Source: Escherichia coli
Lineage (GTDB): Bacteria > Pseudomonadota > Gammaproteobacteria > Enterobacterales > Enterobacteriaceae
Assembly: GCF_003334785.1 (NCBI RefSeq)
Contig: NZ_QOWV01000014.1
Strand: one strand, 5' to 3'
Length of the DNA: 64,000 bases
Shown: piece by piece, positions 35,015-45,609 of the stretch
Layout: every line of letters starts with the position of its first letter
Numbering within the stretch: the first letter of the stretch is position 1
Made by a program: the position numbers and the translations under genes
Notes under the pieces: model-generated
Databases searched by the model: none
The model's input: the letters and a program-made list of their open reading frames with translations, nothing else
What the model was told of the DNA's origin: nothing

Positions 35015-35968
35015 GTGGATAGTAATAATCAAATTGAACCCTGTTTAAGCAGAAAGTCGTCAGAAGGTAAACCACAAATATTTACAACCTTACGAAATAT
35101 TGATCTTAACCTTCTGACTATTTTTGAAGCTGTATATGTACATAAAGGGATCGTTAATGCAGCGAAAGTGCTTAATCTGACCCCCTCGGCAATCAGTCAG
35201 TCTATTCAGAAACTGCGCGTTATATTCCCTGACCCATTGTTTATTCGCAAAGGCCAGGGTGTCACTCCTACCGCATTTGCGATGCATCTACATGAGTATA
35301 TCAGTCAGGGCCTTGAGTCCATTCTTGGCGCGCTGGATATCGAAGGAAGCTATGATAAGCAACGAACGATAACTATTGCGACCACTCCCTCGGTCGGAGC
35401 ACTGGTCCTTCCTGTCATCTATCGGGCGATTAAAACTCACTATCCGCAGCTTTTACTGCGCAACCCGCCCATCAGCGACGCGGAAAACCAACTCAGTCAG
35501 TTTCAAACCGATCTCATCATCGATAACATGTTTTGCACCAATCGTACGGTGCAACATCATGTTCTGTTCACCGACAATATGGTGTTAATTTGCCGCGAGG
35601 GAAATCCACTACTCTCTTTAGAAGATGACAGAGAGACTATCGACAACGCTGCGCATGTACTTCTGTTACCGGAAGAGCAAAATTTCAGCGGTCTGCGGCA
35701 GAGAGTTCAAGAAATGTTTCCGGACCGGCAAATCAATTTCACCAGCTACAACATTTTGACAATCGCTGCACTGGTTGCCAACAGTGACATGTTAGCGATT
35801 ATTCCCAGCCGTTTTTATAACCTGTTTAGCCGCTGCTGGCCGCTGGAAAAACTGCCTTTTCCGTCCTTAAATGAGGAGCAAATAGATTTCTCTATCCACT
35901 ACAACAAATTCAGCCTGCGTGATCCCATCCTGCACGGAGTAATAGATGTTATCCGTAATGCATTTTGA
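35015..35968 (+). CDS. ybeF: LysR-family transcriptional regulator
   Basis: 317-aa ORF with GTG start and an N-terminal wHTH (KVLNLTPSAISQSIQKLR). Confidence 0.8.
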   Translation: MDSNNQIEPCLSRKSSEGKPQIFTTLRNIDLNLLTIFEAVYVHKGIVNAAKVLNLTPSAISQSIQKLRVIFPDPLFIRKGQGVTPTAFAMHLHEYISQGLESILGALDIEGSYDKQRTITIATTPSVGALVLPVIYRAIKTHYPQLLLRNPPISDAENQLSQFQTDLIIDNMFCTNRTVQHHVLFTDNMVLICREGNPLLSLEDDRETIDNAAHVLLLPEEQNFSGLRQRVQEMFPDRQINFTSYNILTIAALVANSDMLAIIPSRFYNLFSRCWPLEKLPFPSLNEEQIDFSIHYNKFSLRDPILHGVIDVIRNAF

Positions 35969-36176
35969 AAAAGTATTGTTACAGCCAGATCACAGCGCAG
36001 AACGATAAAATGGCACAATCCAACAACAATTTTACATTTTCGCGACCGCTTTGGCTGCTTTCAGGTCCGTTTCAATGATATACTGCCAGTCGTTAATTCA
36101 AAAATAGTTGATAATTACAACAATCTATTGAATTGAAACGCTTTCCTTCGTAATTCGCAACTGGAACACGCACGCT

Positions 36177-37142
36177 ATGAGTAAACCCATTGTGATGGAA
36201 CGCGGTGTTAAATACCGCGATGCCGATAAGATGGCCCTTATCCCGGTTAAAAACGTGGCAACAGAGCGCGAAGCCCTGCTGCGCAAGCCGGAATGGATGA
36301 AAATCAAGCTTCCAGCGGACTCTACACGTATCCAGGGCATCAAAGCCGCAATGCGCAAAAATGGCCTGCATTCTGTCTGCGAGGAAGCCTCCTGCCCTAA
36401 CCTGGCGGAATGCTTCAACCACGGCACAGCAACGTTTATGATCCTCGGCGCTATTTGTACCCGCCGTTGTCCGTTCTGTGATGTTGCCCACGGTCGCCCG
36501 GTAGCTCCTGATGCCAATGAACCAGTGAAACTGGCTCAGACCATTGCCGATATGGCGCTGCGTTATGTGGTTATCACCTCCGTTGACCGTGATGACCTGC
36601 GCGATGGCGGTGCCCAGCACTTTGCGGATTGCATTACTGCCATTCGGGAAAAAAGCCCGCAAATCAAAATTGAAACTCTGGTGCCGGATTTCCGCGGTCG
36701 TATGGATCGTGCTCTGGATATTCTGACTGCAACGCCACCAGATGTGTTCAACCATAACCTGGAAAACGTACCGCGTATTTACCGTCAGGTACGGCCTGGT
36801 GCAGATTACAACTGGTCGCTGAAGCTGCTGGAACGCTTTAAAGAAGCGCATCCGGAAATCCCGACCAAGTCTGGTCTGATGGTGGGACTGGGTGAAACCA
36901 ATGAAGAAATTATTGAGGTAATGCGCGACCTGCGCCGTCATGGTGTGACGATGTTAACGCTGGGGCAATATTTGCAGCCAAGCCGCCATCACCTGCCGGT
37001 TCAACGTTACGTTAGCCCGGATGAGTTCGACGAAATGAAAGCCGAAGCGCTGGCGATGGGCTTTACCCATGCTGCATGCGGTCCGTTTGTCCGCTCTTCT
37101 TACCACGCCGATTTGCAGGCGAAAGGGATGGAAGTTAAGTAA
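36177..37142 (+). CDS. lipA: Lipoyl synthase (radical SAM)
   Basis: 321-aa ORF with the two cysteine clusters [12 protein letters not shown] and CTRRCPFC. Confidence 0.95.
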
Positions 37143-37171
37143 TCCTGTAATAATTACTTACATCTGTCTGA

Positions 37172-37204
37172 TAAAAAACCCGCTTTTTGAAGCGGGTTTT
37201 TTGT
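37172..37204. terminator. Bidirectional intrinsic terminator between the convergent lipA and tatE
   Basis: AAAAAACCCGCTTTTTGAAGCGGGTTTTTTG: a hairpin flanked by an A-run and a T-run. Confidence 0.8.
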
Positions 37205-37242
37205 ATCGAACAAGATATTGAGGGAGCGTCCTGCTCGCCACG

Positions 37243-37446
37243 TCACTCTTTATGAGAGAGCTTTTCAGCCTGAAGATCAACGTCTGCGCCTTTTTTCGCC
37301 GCAGCATCGTCATCATTCATCGCCTTCTTGAACCCTTTAATGGCCGCTCCAAGGTCTCCGCCCAGCGTACGTAACTTCTTAGTCCCAAACAGCAGAACGA
37401 CCAGCGCCGCAACTACCAGCAGTTTGGTAATACTAATCTCACCCAT
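37243..37446 (-). CDS. tatE: Twin-arginine translocase subunit TatE (TatA paralog)
   Basis: 67-aa [36 protein letters not shown].... Confidence 0.9.
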   Translation of the reverse strand: MGEISITKLLVVAALVVLLFGTKKLRTLGGDLGAAIKGFKKAMNDDDAAAKKGADVDLQAEKLSHKE

Positions 37447-37574
37447 AGATACCTTCTTGACATATAACCGGCAACAGAACGCGCCTTAAAAACCAGAGAA
37501 TATTAACGGTCATTCGACGCGCGCACACAATAGCAATCTGTAACAAGGTGAATCAAGCGCCGAGTAAAAAAACA

Positions 37575-38368
37575 TCATAATAATTGCGGCGGCGCAAAGC
37601 GACGGTTGTTTAAGACGGGCAGTTGCGCGCGCACCTGACGCACACGTTCGGGCGTCACTTCCGCCATAATGAGTGCAGGCATTTCTGACGCTGCCGCAAT
37701 GGTGACGCCAAAGGGATCTATAATCCGGCTTTGACCGATATTTTTGTTCCCGCACTCCCCCGCCGCCACCATATAACAGGTGGTATCCAGCGCACGAGCG
37801 GCAAGCAACGTTGACCAGTGATGCTCTTTGAGCGGCCCGCGAACCCAGGCGGCAGGAAGTACCAGGATTTCAGCTCCCTGTAATGCCTGTGCCAGCGCCA
37901 GCTCTGGAAAGCGTAAGTCATAACAGGTCATCAGACCGACCTTCATCCCTTCCACCTCCAGTAACGGAGCGATTTCATTACCAGCATCAACACGGCGTGA
38001 TTCCTGAATGGCAAATGCATCATAGAGATGCAGTTTGGCATAACGGGCGACGATGTTTCCTGCCTGAAGTGCCACCAGCATATTCCATGCGCGCCCCGGC
38101 GTTGAAGGAACATGAATCGTCAGAATTGTCGTCATCATGTTACGTTTACTTTCTCGCCGTAAAGTCCGAGGAATTCGCCTTCCAGCAGCTGTGCTGATTT
38201 AACCGATAGATCTGCATCATGATCATCGCGCGCCAGCAATGCTTCCGGCAGGACAAACAGCGATACGTCGTTTTCCGCCGCCTGCGCCATCAACGAGGCA
38301 CAAATCTCAGCGTTCTTTTCCCACACAGATGTAACAGCAAACTGTCCTGCGGCAACCAGCATTGCCAC
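37575..38368 (-). pseudogene. ybeM: Carbon-nitrogen hydrolase (nitrilase superfamily) gene interrupted by a frameshift
   Basis: Two overlapping minus-strand ORFs in different frames (38135-38368, 77 aa, and 37575-38138, 187 aa). The catalytic Glu (LPE) lies in the upstream ORF and the Lys (AKLHLYD) and Cys (CYDLRFPE) in the downstream ORF. Confidence 0.7.
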
Positions 38369-38454
38369 CTCCTGTCAGAGTCGTAAAATTCGCCAACGAC
38401 GATTATTCGGCGTTACACTTATCACTCATACAAATCAAATAGCAGGATTTTGCA

Positions 38455-38838
38455 GTGTTACAACTTCTTTTAGCAGTTTTTATTGGCGGTGGTACGGGAA
38501 GCGTGGCGAGATGGCTGTTAAGTATGCGATTTAACCCACTGCATCAGGCGATTCCGTTGGGGACGCTGACAGCAAACCTGATTGGGGCATTCATCATAGG
38601 AATAGGATTCGCATGGTTCAGCAGGATGACGAACATTGATCCAGTGTGGAAAGTATTAATCACCACCGGATTTTGTGGCGGTCTAACAACCTTCTCAACA
38701 TTTTCGGCAGAAGTGGTGTTTTTGTTACAAGAGGGCCGCTTTGGCTGGGCATTACTGAACGTTTTCGTCAACCTTCTGGGGTCTTTTGCCATGACCGCAC
38801 TGGCATTCTGGCTGTTTTCGGCCTCAACCGCACACTAA
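38455..38838 (+). CDS. crcB: Fluoride channel CrcB/Fluc
   Basis: 127-aa four-TM ORF with GTG start. Confidence 0.9.
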   Translation: MLQLLLAVFIGGGTGSVARWLLSMRFNPLHQAIPLGTLTANLIGAFIIGIGFAWFSRMTNIDPVWKVLITTGFCGGLTTFSTFSAEVVFLLQEGRFGWALLNVFVNLLGSFAMTALAFWLFSASTAH

Positions 38839-38842
38839 AGAC

Positions 38843-38875
38843 CAAAAAAAACCCGCTGATTAAGCGGGTTTTGAA
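38843..38875. terminator. Bidirectional intrinsic terminator between the convergent crcB and cspE
   Basis: AAAAAAAACCCGCTGATTAAGCGGGTTTTGAATT. Confidence 0.8.
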
Positions 38876-38891
38876 TTCTTGCTGACGTATC

Positions 38892-39101
38892 TTACAGAGC
38901 GATTACGTTTGCAGCAGAAGGGCCTTTGGCACCGTTAGTGATTTCGAACTCTACGCGCTGACCTTCAGCAAGAGTTTTAAAACCATTAGTCTGGATTGCA
39001 GAGAAGTGTACGAACACGTCTTTGCTGCCGTCTTCCGGAGTAATGAAACCGAATCCTTTGGACTCATTAAACCACTTAACGTTACCTTTAATCTTAGACA
39101 T
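38892..39101 (-). CDS. cspE: Cold-shock-domain RNA chaperone CspE
   Basis: 69-aa [23 protein letters not shown]... with the RNP motifs of a cold-shock domain. Confidence 0.95.
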
Positions 39102-39275
39102 CAAAATTACCTTTACATGAAAAATAGACACAAATGCTGTGTCGGTTACCAGTACACCAATTGTGGTACGCTTTGTCCAGTGTAACTTTACTAAAAAGTG
39201 ATAAAAGTCGCGTTATTTTTGATGTTACTTATTTTAGCTATTGATTTTAAAGAAGTTACTAAAACTTCATTTGTC

Positions 39276-39836
39276 TCAAAACTGAAAGCGCATCCAGGCA
39301 AAGTACACATTGCCATTGTTGTAGGTACCCGGAATGTAGGTCATCTGAAAAGTCACTGGGCCATAACCCACGGAGGCCAATGGCAGTAGAACCGGGAGAG
39401 GGATGTAATTCCAGTTATCGCGTGCCGTTACGCCAGCGGTGAATCCCAGACCTAAATGAAAATTTTCATCCGCCAGCGGTCGCCAGGTACTTTCCCATCC
39501 GTATCCGGCAATCGGTTCCCATTTGTTCCACGAGTCCTTAAATGCCATGGCATACAGGCCATGCCAGTTTCCTTTTTCATCCCAACGCGACAGGCCAAAA
39601 CCGCCACCCCACGGTCGCTCGTTATAGCGATCGGTTTTTTCTTTGTCGTAAGCGAAACGTGCATGCCAGGTGATGGCAGGAATATATAAATCATAATGTT
39701 CAGGCTGTTGCCAGGTTTGTGCAATATTTTCTCTAAACGTTGTCATCCACTCATCTGCGTTAGCAAAAACTTTACCAACGCTGATTAACTGAATAAAAAC
39801 AAAGGAAAAGATAGCGACATATTTACTCACGTTCAT
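39276..39836 (-). CDS. pagP: Lipid A palmitoyltransferase (outer membrane beta-barrel)
   Basis: Start at the internal ATG ([25 protein letters not shown]..., signal peptide), 186 aa. Confidence 0.9.
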   Translation of the reverse strand: MNVSKYVAIFSFVFIQLISVGKVFANADEWMTTFRENIAQTWQQPEHYDLYIPAITWHARFAYDKEKTDRYNERPWGGGFGLSRWDEKGNWHGLYAMAFKDSWNKWEPIAGYGWESTWRPLADENFHLGLGFTAGVTARDNWNYIPLPVLLPLASVGYGPVTFQMTYIPGTYNNGNVYFAWMRFQF

Positions 39837-40321
39837 TTGTGACCATAAAACATTTATCAAAAATCTACTACTAGCATAGCAAAGCTACAATTAACATAAC
39901 CTTAATAGACCCAACATAAAGAATAATCTGAATAGCTGCTCTATTTATTTCCGCTTGTTCAAGTTAAATATTTCCGCGCATCGATTAAAGATGATGCGTC
40001 GTTTTCTGCGATGGGAATAGTCAAAAAAGAAAAACCAAGTCTTTTTTGATGACAAAATGCAATCAAGGAAAAATTATTTTATTTTTTAACGAGATACAAC
40101 AATCATCTTAACGAAGTATATAATATATATCGTCAACCTATGCTCATATTAGATTATTTTTTGAGCGCACAGCCGCAGCTAACACCATTGCAATTAACAA
40201 ATTTGCATCAATCCACCATCAATTTGCACACATTATTATGTGATAATTGCCAACCGCTAAATATGCGTTTTGTTATCTATGTATAAAAACAGCAACTTCA
40301 ATGTCTTAATGGCAGTTTTTA

Positions 40322-40335
40322 TTGATTTTAATCAG
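40322..40335 (+). promoter_or_regulatory. Candidate FNR-type site in the dcuC upstream region
   Basis: TTGATTTTAATCAG matches TTGAT-N4-ATCAA at 9 of 10 positions, about 96 bp upstream of the dcuC ATG in an AT-rich region. Confidence 0.4.
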
Positions 40336-40424
40336 CATTCATCGCCAATTTATTGGGCATATTTTTTCCTTAAGCTTTAGGAATTTTTTATTATTTACTT
40401 TGGGGCCTGGAGACAGGAAAAATT

Positions 40425-41810
40425 ATGCTGACATTCATTGAGCTCCTTATTGGGGTTGTGGTTATTGTGGGTGTAGCTCGCTACATCATTAAAGGGTATT
40501 CCGCCACTGGTGTGTTATTTGTCGGTGGCCTGTTATTGCTGATTATCAGTGCCATTATGGGGCACAAAGTGTTACCGTCCAGCCAGGCTTCAACAGGCTA
40601 CAGCGCCACGGATATCGTTGAATACGTTAAAATATTACTAATGAGCCGCGGCGGCGACCTCGGCATGATGATTATGATGCTGTGTGGATTTGCCGCTTAC
40701 ATGACCCATATCGGCGCGAATGATATGGTGGTCAAGCTGGCGTCAAAACCATTGCAGTATATTAACTCCCCTTACCTGCTGATGATTGCCGCCTATTTTG
40801 TCGCCTGTCTGATGTCTCTGGCCGTCTCTTCCGCAACCGGTCTGGGTGTTTTGCTGATGGCAACCCTATTTCCGGTGATGGTAAACGTTGGTATCAGTCG
40901 TGGCGCAGCTGCTGCCATTTGTGCCTCCCCGGCGGCGATTATTCTCGCACCGACTTCAGGGGATGTGGTGCTGGCGGCGCAAGCTTCCGAAATGTCGCTG
41001 ATTGACTTCGCCTTCAAAACGACGCTGCCTATCTCAATTGCTGCAATTATCGGCATGGCGATCGCCCACTTCTTCTGGCAACGTTATCTGGATAAAAAAG
41101 AGCACATCTCTCATGAAATGTTAGATGTCAGTGAAATCACCACCACTGCTCCTGCGTTTTATGCCATTTTGCCGTTCACGCCGATCATCGGTGTACTGAT
41201 TTTTGACGGTAAATGGGGTCCGCAATTACACATCATCACTATTCTGGTGATTTGTATGCTGATTGCCTCCATTCTGGAGTTCCTCCGCAGCTTTAATACC
41301 CAGAAAGTTTTCTCTGGTCTGGAAGTGGCTTATCGCGGGATGGCAGATGCGTTTGCTAACGTGGTGATGCTGCTGGTTGCCGCTGGGGTATTCGCTCAGG
41401 GGCTTAGCACCATCGGCTTTATTCAAAGTCTGATTTCTATCGCTACCTCGTTTGGTTCGGCGAGTATCATCCTGATGCTGGTATTGGTGATTCTGACAAT
41501 GCTGGCGGCAGTCACGACCGGTTCAGGCAATGCGCCGTTTTATGCGTTTGTTGAGATGATCCCGAAACTGGCGCACTCTTCCGGCATTAACCCGGCGTAT
41601 TTGACTATCCCGATGCTGCAGGCGTCAAACCTTGGCCGTACCCTTTCGCCCGTTTCTGGCGTAGTCGTTGCGGTTGCCGGGATGGCGAAGATCTCGCCGT
41701 TTGAAGTCGTAAAACGCACCTCGGTACCGGTGCTTGTTGGTTTGGTGATTGTTATCGTTGCTACAGAGCTGATGGTGCCAGGAACGGCAGCAGCGGTCAC
41801 AGGCAAGTAA
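40425..41810 (+). CDS. dcuC: Anaerobic C4-dicarboxylate transporter DcuC
   Basis: 461-aa polytopic membrane ORF at the conserved position between pagP and dpiA. Confidence 0.9.
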   Translation: MLTFIELLIGVVVIVGVARYIIKGYSATGVLFVGGLLLLIISAIMGHKVLPSSQASTGYSATDIVEYVKILLMSRGGDLGMMIMMLCGFAAYMTHIGANDMVVKLASKPLQYINSPYLLMIAAYFVACLMSLAVSSATGLGVLLMATLFPVMVNVGISRGAAAAICASPAAIILAPTSGDVVLAAQASEMSLIDFAFKTTLPISIAAIIGMAIAHFFWQRYLDKKEHISHEMLDVSEITTTAPAFYAILPFTPIIGVLIFDGKWGPQLHIITILVICMLIASILEFLRSFNTQKVFSGLEVAYRGMADAFANVVMLLVAAGVFAQGLSTIGFIQSLISIATSFGSASIILMLVLVILTMLAAVTTGSGNAPFYAFVEMIPKLAHSSGINPAYLTIPMLQASNLGRTLSPVSGVVVAVAGMAKISPFEVVKRTSVPVLVGLVIVIVATELMVPGTAAAVTGK

Positions 41811-41816
41811 ATAGTA

Positions 41817-41846
41817 ATGCCGGAGGCAAGTTTCCTCCGGCTTTAT
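41817..41846 (+). terminator. Intrinsic terminator after dcuC
   Basis: Hairpin GCCGGAGG-CAAGTTT-CCTCCGGC followed by TTTAT. Confidence 0.6.
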
Positions 41847-41850
41847 CATG

Positions 41851-42531
41851 TCACCCACTGTGGTATATGCGTTGTGGTCTGCCAACTTTGCCGTGAACAA
41901 TTTCAGCAATAATCAGATGGCGGCTGGCGCAATATTCAAGATAACGCCTGGCAGTGGTGCGGCTGATGGTCAGTGCCTGCGCCACCGTTTCTGCCGTATG
42001 TTGCACACCAGGCTCTTTAAACAGTTTTCGCACCGCGTTTAGCGTCAAGGGGTCAATGCCGGTCGGTAGCTCGTCCTTAGGTTCACCGCGAGCATAAGCA
42101 TTAAACATCTCATCAATTTGCTTCTGGCTGGCGCTATCAATACTTTCCAGCATATGTTTACGCTGGCGGAAACGGGTTAGCGTTTGCCCCAGCCGTTCAT
42201 AGGCAATGGGCTTAATGAGATAATCAAATACACCACAACGTACGGCTTCAGACACCGTTTCCATATCGCTGGCTGCAGTGGTAAACACCACGTCGCCGGG
42301 ATAATGCGCCTGCACCAGTTCATGCAGTAAATTAATCCCTCTACCGTCAGGAAGATAGTTATCGAGCAAGATTAGCCCCGGCTTAAAACGCTCGATCATC
42401 ATTCGGGCCTGCGCCAGATTTCCCGCCAGTAATATCTGACTGAATCCGGGAATGTGACGAATATATTCCGCATGCATCTCTGCCAGCGGCGTTTCGTCCT
42501 CAACGATCAATAGGGTTAATGGAGCTGTCAT
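41851..42531 (-). CDS. dpiA: Two-component response regulator DpiA (CitB)
   Basis: 226-aa ORF with a receiver domain and a C-terminal HTH. Confidence 0.9.
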   Translation of the reverse strand: MTAPLTLLIVEDETPLAEMHAEYIRHIPGFSQILLAGNLAQARMMIERFKPGLILLDNYLPDGRGINLLHELVQAHYPGDVVFTTAASDMETVSEAVRCGVFDYLIKPIAYERLGQTLTRFRQRKHMLESIDSASQKQIDEMFNAYARGEPKDELPTGIDPLTLNAVRKLFKEPGVQHTAETVAQALTISRTTARRYLEYCASRHLIIAEIVHGKVGRPQRIYHSG

Positions 42532-44158
42532 TAGGTTTCACTTTCGGAATATAGATTGAAAATAAGGTACCGCAGGGATCATTATCTTCGAGAGTGATAA
42601 CACCACCGCAGCGCGTTACGTAGCTGGCAATCAAGTACAACCCAATGCCATGTTCACCGGGCTCGTCAGCACGCGTACTGACCCCCTGCTCAAATATTTT
42701 GTCTCGTAGAGACTCTGGAACGCCGCAGCCCTGATCGGCGACTTCAATCACCACATCATCGCCTTCATCGCTGAGGAATAATTCAACGATCTTGTTTCCT
42801 TCATCGCTACGCAGGCTGGCTTCGAAGGCGTTATCAAGTAAATTGCCCACAATGGCTGCAAACTCGGTGCTATCCAGTCCTGGCGGCAGTTGCGAAAGCT
42901 GGCTACCGGGGACAATGATCATTTTTAGCCCCAGTTCCCGGGCGCGCTGCACTTTACCAAAAAGCAGCCCCGCCACCTGGCGATCGGCAAACGCCTCGCG
43001 CAGGCTGTCAATAAGCTGTTGCTGGGCCTGAGACTCCCCCTGCACCATCGCCAGCACGCGATCATACTCTTTCATCTGCAACAGACCATTGAGCGTCGAC
43101 ATCCAATTGAGATGCTCGTGTCGCAATGTACGAAGGCTCTCAACGTATTGTTTTATTTGCGTCAGTTGCGCATTGAGGGTGGAAATTTCGTCTTTACTAC
43201 GAAAGCTGATAATGGCCCCCAGCAAATCATCACCTGAACGAATAGCTTCCCGGTTGGCAATAACGCTCAGACCGTTAAAGTTCGCCACCACATCCTGACG
43301 TTTTTCATCAATCTGTTCGGTAAAGAAATCGGCGGGCCTGACCACTTCAACAATGGGTTTACCCAACCATTGCCGTCCGGGGGAACTCAGCCCCAGCATC
43401 TTTCTTGCGTTACGATTGATGGCGGTAATGTAACCATGCGGATCCACCGCAATCAGCCCTTCATAAACCGAACTAAACAGCGCCTCTTGCTGACGGACCA
43501 CGCGTGCGATTTGCTTTGGCTCCATGCCCATCATCTGCCGACGGATATGCGCGGCCAGGAACCACGACAGCAACATCAGAATCCCTAACAGCACGACAAA
43601 CACACCTGCCATCGGTAATAAAAACTCAGCCCGCCAGCTATCGATTTTACTCACCAGGTAGCCAATCGACACCACGCCGATGACTTTTCCATCGTCATCA
43701 AAGATTGGCGTTTTGGCGCGCATCGCCATCCCCATTGACCCTTTCCCGGTAATGAAGTAGCTCTCCCCTTTCTCCAGCGCGCCCTGTTTGGTGAACTGCA
43801 TAGGATAACCAATTTTCTCCGGATTAGGATGGTAAAGGCGGATCGAGTGCCGGTCCCCAATCACCACATAATCAAAATCGGTATCTCTTTGTAATTTGTT
43901 AGCGATGGTCGCCAGCCGTTTGTAGTCACGCGTTTTCACCGCAGAGATGACACTGTCATTGGAGGCAATAATTTTCGCCTGATTCATTGCCATGTCGCGT
44001 ACATGAAGCGTTAAATAGTCCTCAAAACTGGCCGCAAAATATTGCGCCAGGGCTGCAATGACAAATATTGAGAACACCAGAATCAGCAAAAAGATACGCA
44101 GCGGAAATGCCAGTCTTTGGAAAAATGCAAACTGTTTATTCTCGTTAAGCTGCAACAT
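42500..44158 (-). CDS. dpiB: Sensor histidine kinase DpiB (CitA)
   Basis: Start at the internal ATG (MLQLNENKQ...), 552 aa, with two TM segments, a periplasmic domain and kinase/ATPase domains; 32-nt overlap with dpiA. Confidence 0.9.
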   Translation of the reverse strand: MLQLNENKQFAFFQRLAFPLRIFLLILVFSIFVIAALAQYFAASFEDYLTLHVRDMAMNQAKIIASNDSVISAVKTRDYKRLATIANKLQRDTDFDYVVIGDRHSIRLYHPNPEKIGYPMQFTKQGALEKGESYFITGKGSMGMAMRAKTPIFDDDGKVIGVVSIGYLVSKIDSWRAEFLLPMAGVFVVLLGILMLLSWFLAAHIRRQMMGMEPKQIARVVRQQEALFSSVYEGLIAVDPHGYITAINRNARKMLGLSSPGRQWLGKPIVEVVRPADFFTEQIDEKRQDVVANFNGLSVIANREAIRSGDDLLGAIISFRSKDEISTLNAQLTQIKQYVESLRTLRHEHLNWMSTLNGLLQMKEYDRVLAMVQGESQAQQQLIDSLREAFADRQVAGLLFGKVQRARELGLKMIIVPGSQLSQLPPGLDSTEFAAIVGNLLDNAFEASLRSDEGNKIVELFLSDEGDDVVIEVADQGCGVPESLRDKIFEQGVSTRADEPGEHGIGLYLIASYVTRCGGVITLEDNDPCGTLFSIYIPKVKPNDSSINPIDR

Positions 44159-44218
44159 TGTTTTCCTTGCGGGTTGTCCCGAGCCTCTTTGACGGATGTA
44201 ATTAAAATGTTGAATCAA

Positions 44219-44536
44219 AATACATAGATATTAATTATGATCGTGGCAAATTTTATTCATTAAATCAATTAAATCACTTAAACCTGCGAGTCATTTCGTA
44301 ATTACATTAATTAAAAAACTTAAAATCATTAAATAAATAAAAAACCACTAACTCTATGTGAAATAAATCAAAATTTCACGCCGAAATACTCCTTAGGATG
44401 TATAGCGAAAGGAGAAAAAGATATACCTCGATCACCCCCTTTCTCCCAAGTGAAAATAAAAGGTTATCAGTTTGCAACATTGAACAACATTCGTTGCAAA
44501 TCGATAACAACATGCACCTTCAGGATACTATTTATT
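44219..44536. promoter_or_regulatory. Divergent dpiBA / citCDEFXGT control region
   Basis: 318-bp AT-rich spacer with repeated TTAAATCA motifs and the palindromes GTGAAAT...ATTTCAC and TTGCAAC...GTTGCAA. Confidence 0.5.
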
Positions 44537-45595
44537 ATGTTCGGCAATGATATTTTCACCCGCGTAAAACGTTCAGAAAATAAAAAAATGGCGGAAATCG
44601 CCCAATTCCTGCATGAAAATGATTTGAGCGTTGACACCACAGTCGAAGTATTTATTACCGTAACCCGCGATGAAAAGCTTATCGCGTGCGGTGGAATTGC
44701 CGGAAATATTATTAAATGCGTTGCTATCAGTGAATCCGTCCGCGGTGAAGGACTGGCGCTGACATTAGCCACTGAATTGATAAACCTCGCCTATGAGCGG
44801 CACAGCACGCATCTGTTTATTTATACCAAAACCGAATACGAGGCGCTGTTCCGCCAGTGCGGTTTTTCCACGCTGACCAGCGTACCCGGCGTGATGGTGC
44901 TGATGGAAAACAGCGCCACGCGACTGAAACGCTATGCCGAATCGCTGAAAAAATTTCGTCATCCAGGGAACAAGATTGGCTGCATTGTGATGAACGCCAA
45001 TCCCTTTACGAATGGTCACCGTTATCTGATTCAACAGGCTGCGGCACAGTGCGACTGGTTGCATCTGTTTTTAGTCAAAGAAGATTCTTCACGCTTCCCC
45101 TATGAAGACCGGCTGGATTTGGTGTTAAAAGGCACCGCCGATATTCCACGCCTGACTGTGCATCGTGGCTCCGAATACATCATCTCCCGCGCTACGTTCC
45201 CTTGCTACTTCATTAAAGAACAGAGCGTCATTAACCATTGTTACACCGAAATTGATCTGAAGATTTTCCGTCAGTACCTCGCTCCCGCGCTGGGTGTAAC
45301 TCACCGCTTTGTCGGTACTGAACCCTTTTGTCGCGTTACCGCCCAGTACAACCAGGATATGCGCTACTGGCTGGAAACGCCGACTATCTCCGCACCGCCC
45401 ATCGAACTGGTTGAAATTGAGCGGCTGCGTTACCAGGAGATGCCGATATCCGCTTCCCGGGTACGTCAACTGCTGGCGAAAAACGATCTCACGGCTATCG
45501 CGCCGCTGGTCCCTGCAGTCACGCTGCATTATTTGCAGAACCTGCTTGAGCACTCCCGCCAGGACGCGGCAGCTCGTCAAAAGACCCCCGCATGA
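44537..45595 (+). CDS. citC: [Citrate (pro-3S)-lyase] ligase
   Basis: Start at the internal ATG 44537 (MFGNDIFTRVKRSEN...), 352 aa. Confidence 0.9.
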   Translation: MFGNDIFTRVKRSENKKMAEIAQFLHENDLSVDTTVEVFITVTRDEKLIACGGIAGNIIKCVAISESVRGEGLALTLATELINLAYERHSTHLFIYTKTEYEALFRQCGFSTLTSVPGVMVLMENSATRLKRYAESLKKFRHPGNKIGCIVMNANPFTNGHRYLIQQAAAQCDWLHLFLVKEDSSRFPYEDRLDLVLKGTADIPRLTVHRGSEYIISRATFPCYFIKEQSVINHCYTEIDLKIFRQYLAPALGVTHRFVGTEPFCRVTAQYNQDMRYWLETPTISAPPIELVEIERLRYQEMPISASRVRQLLAKNDLTAIAPLVPAVTLHYLQNLLEHSRQDAAARQKTPA

Positions 45596-45609
45596 GAAAC
45601 AGGTGAAAA

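Noticed and set aside
38369-38454. Possible fluoride riboswitch upstream of crcB.
   Set aside because: I could not find the conserved riboswitch core elements in this spacer by eye; a covariance-model scan would be needed to settle it.
39198-39389. 63-aa plus-strand ORF between cspE and pagP.
   Set aside because: It overlaps the pagP 3' end and the cspE promoter region and has no supporting features.
39837-39960. PhoP box upstream of pagP.
   Set aside because: No clear (T/G)GTTTA-N5-(T/G)GTTTA direct repeat on either strand, only weak half-site-like hexamers.
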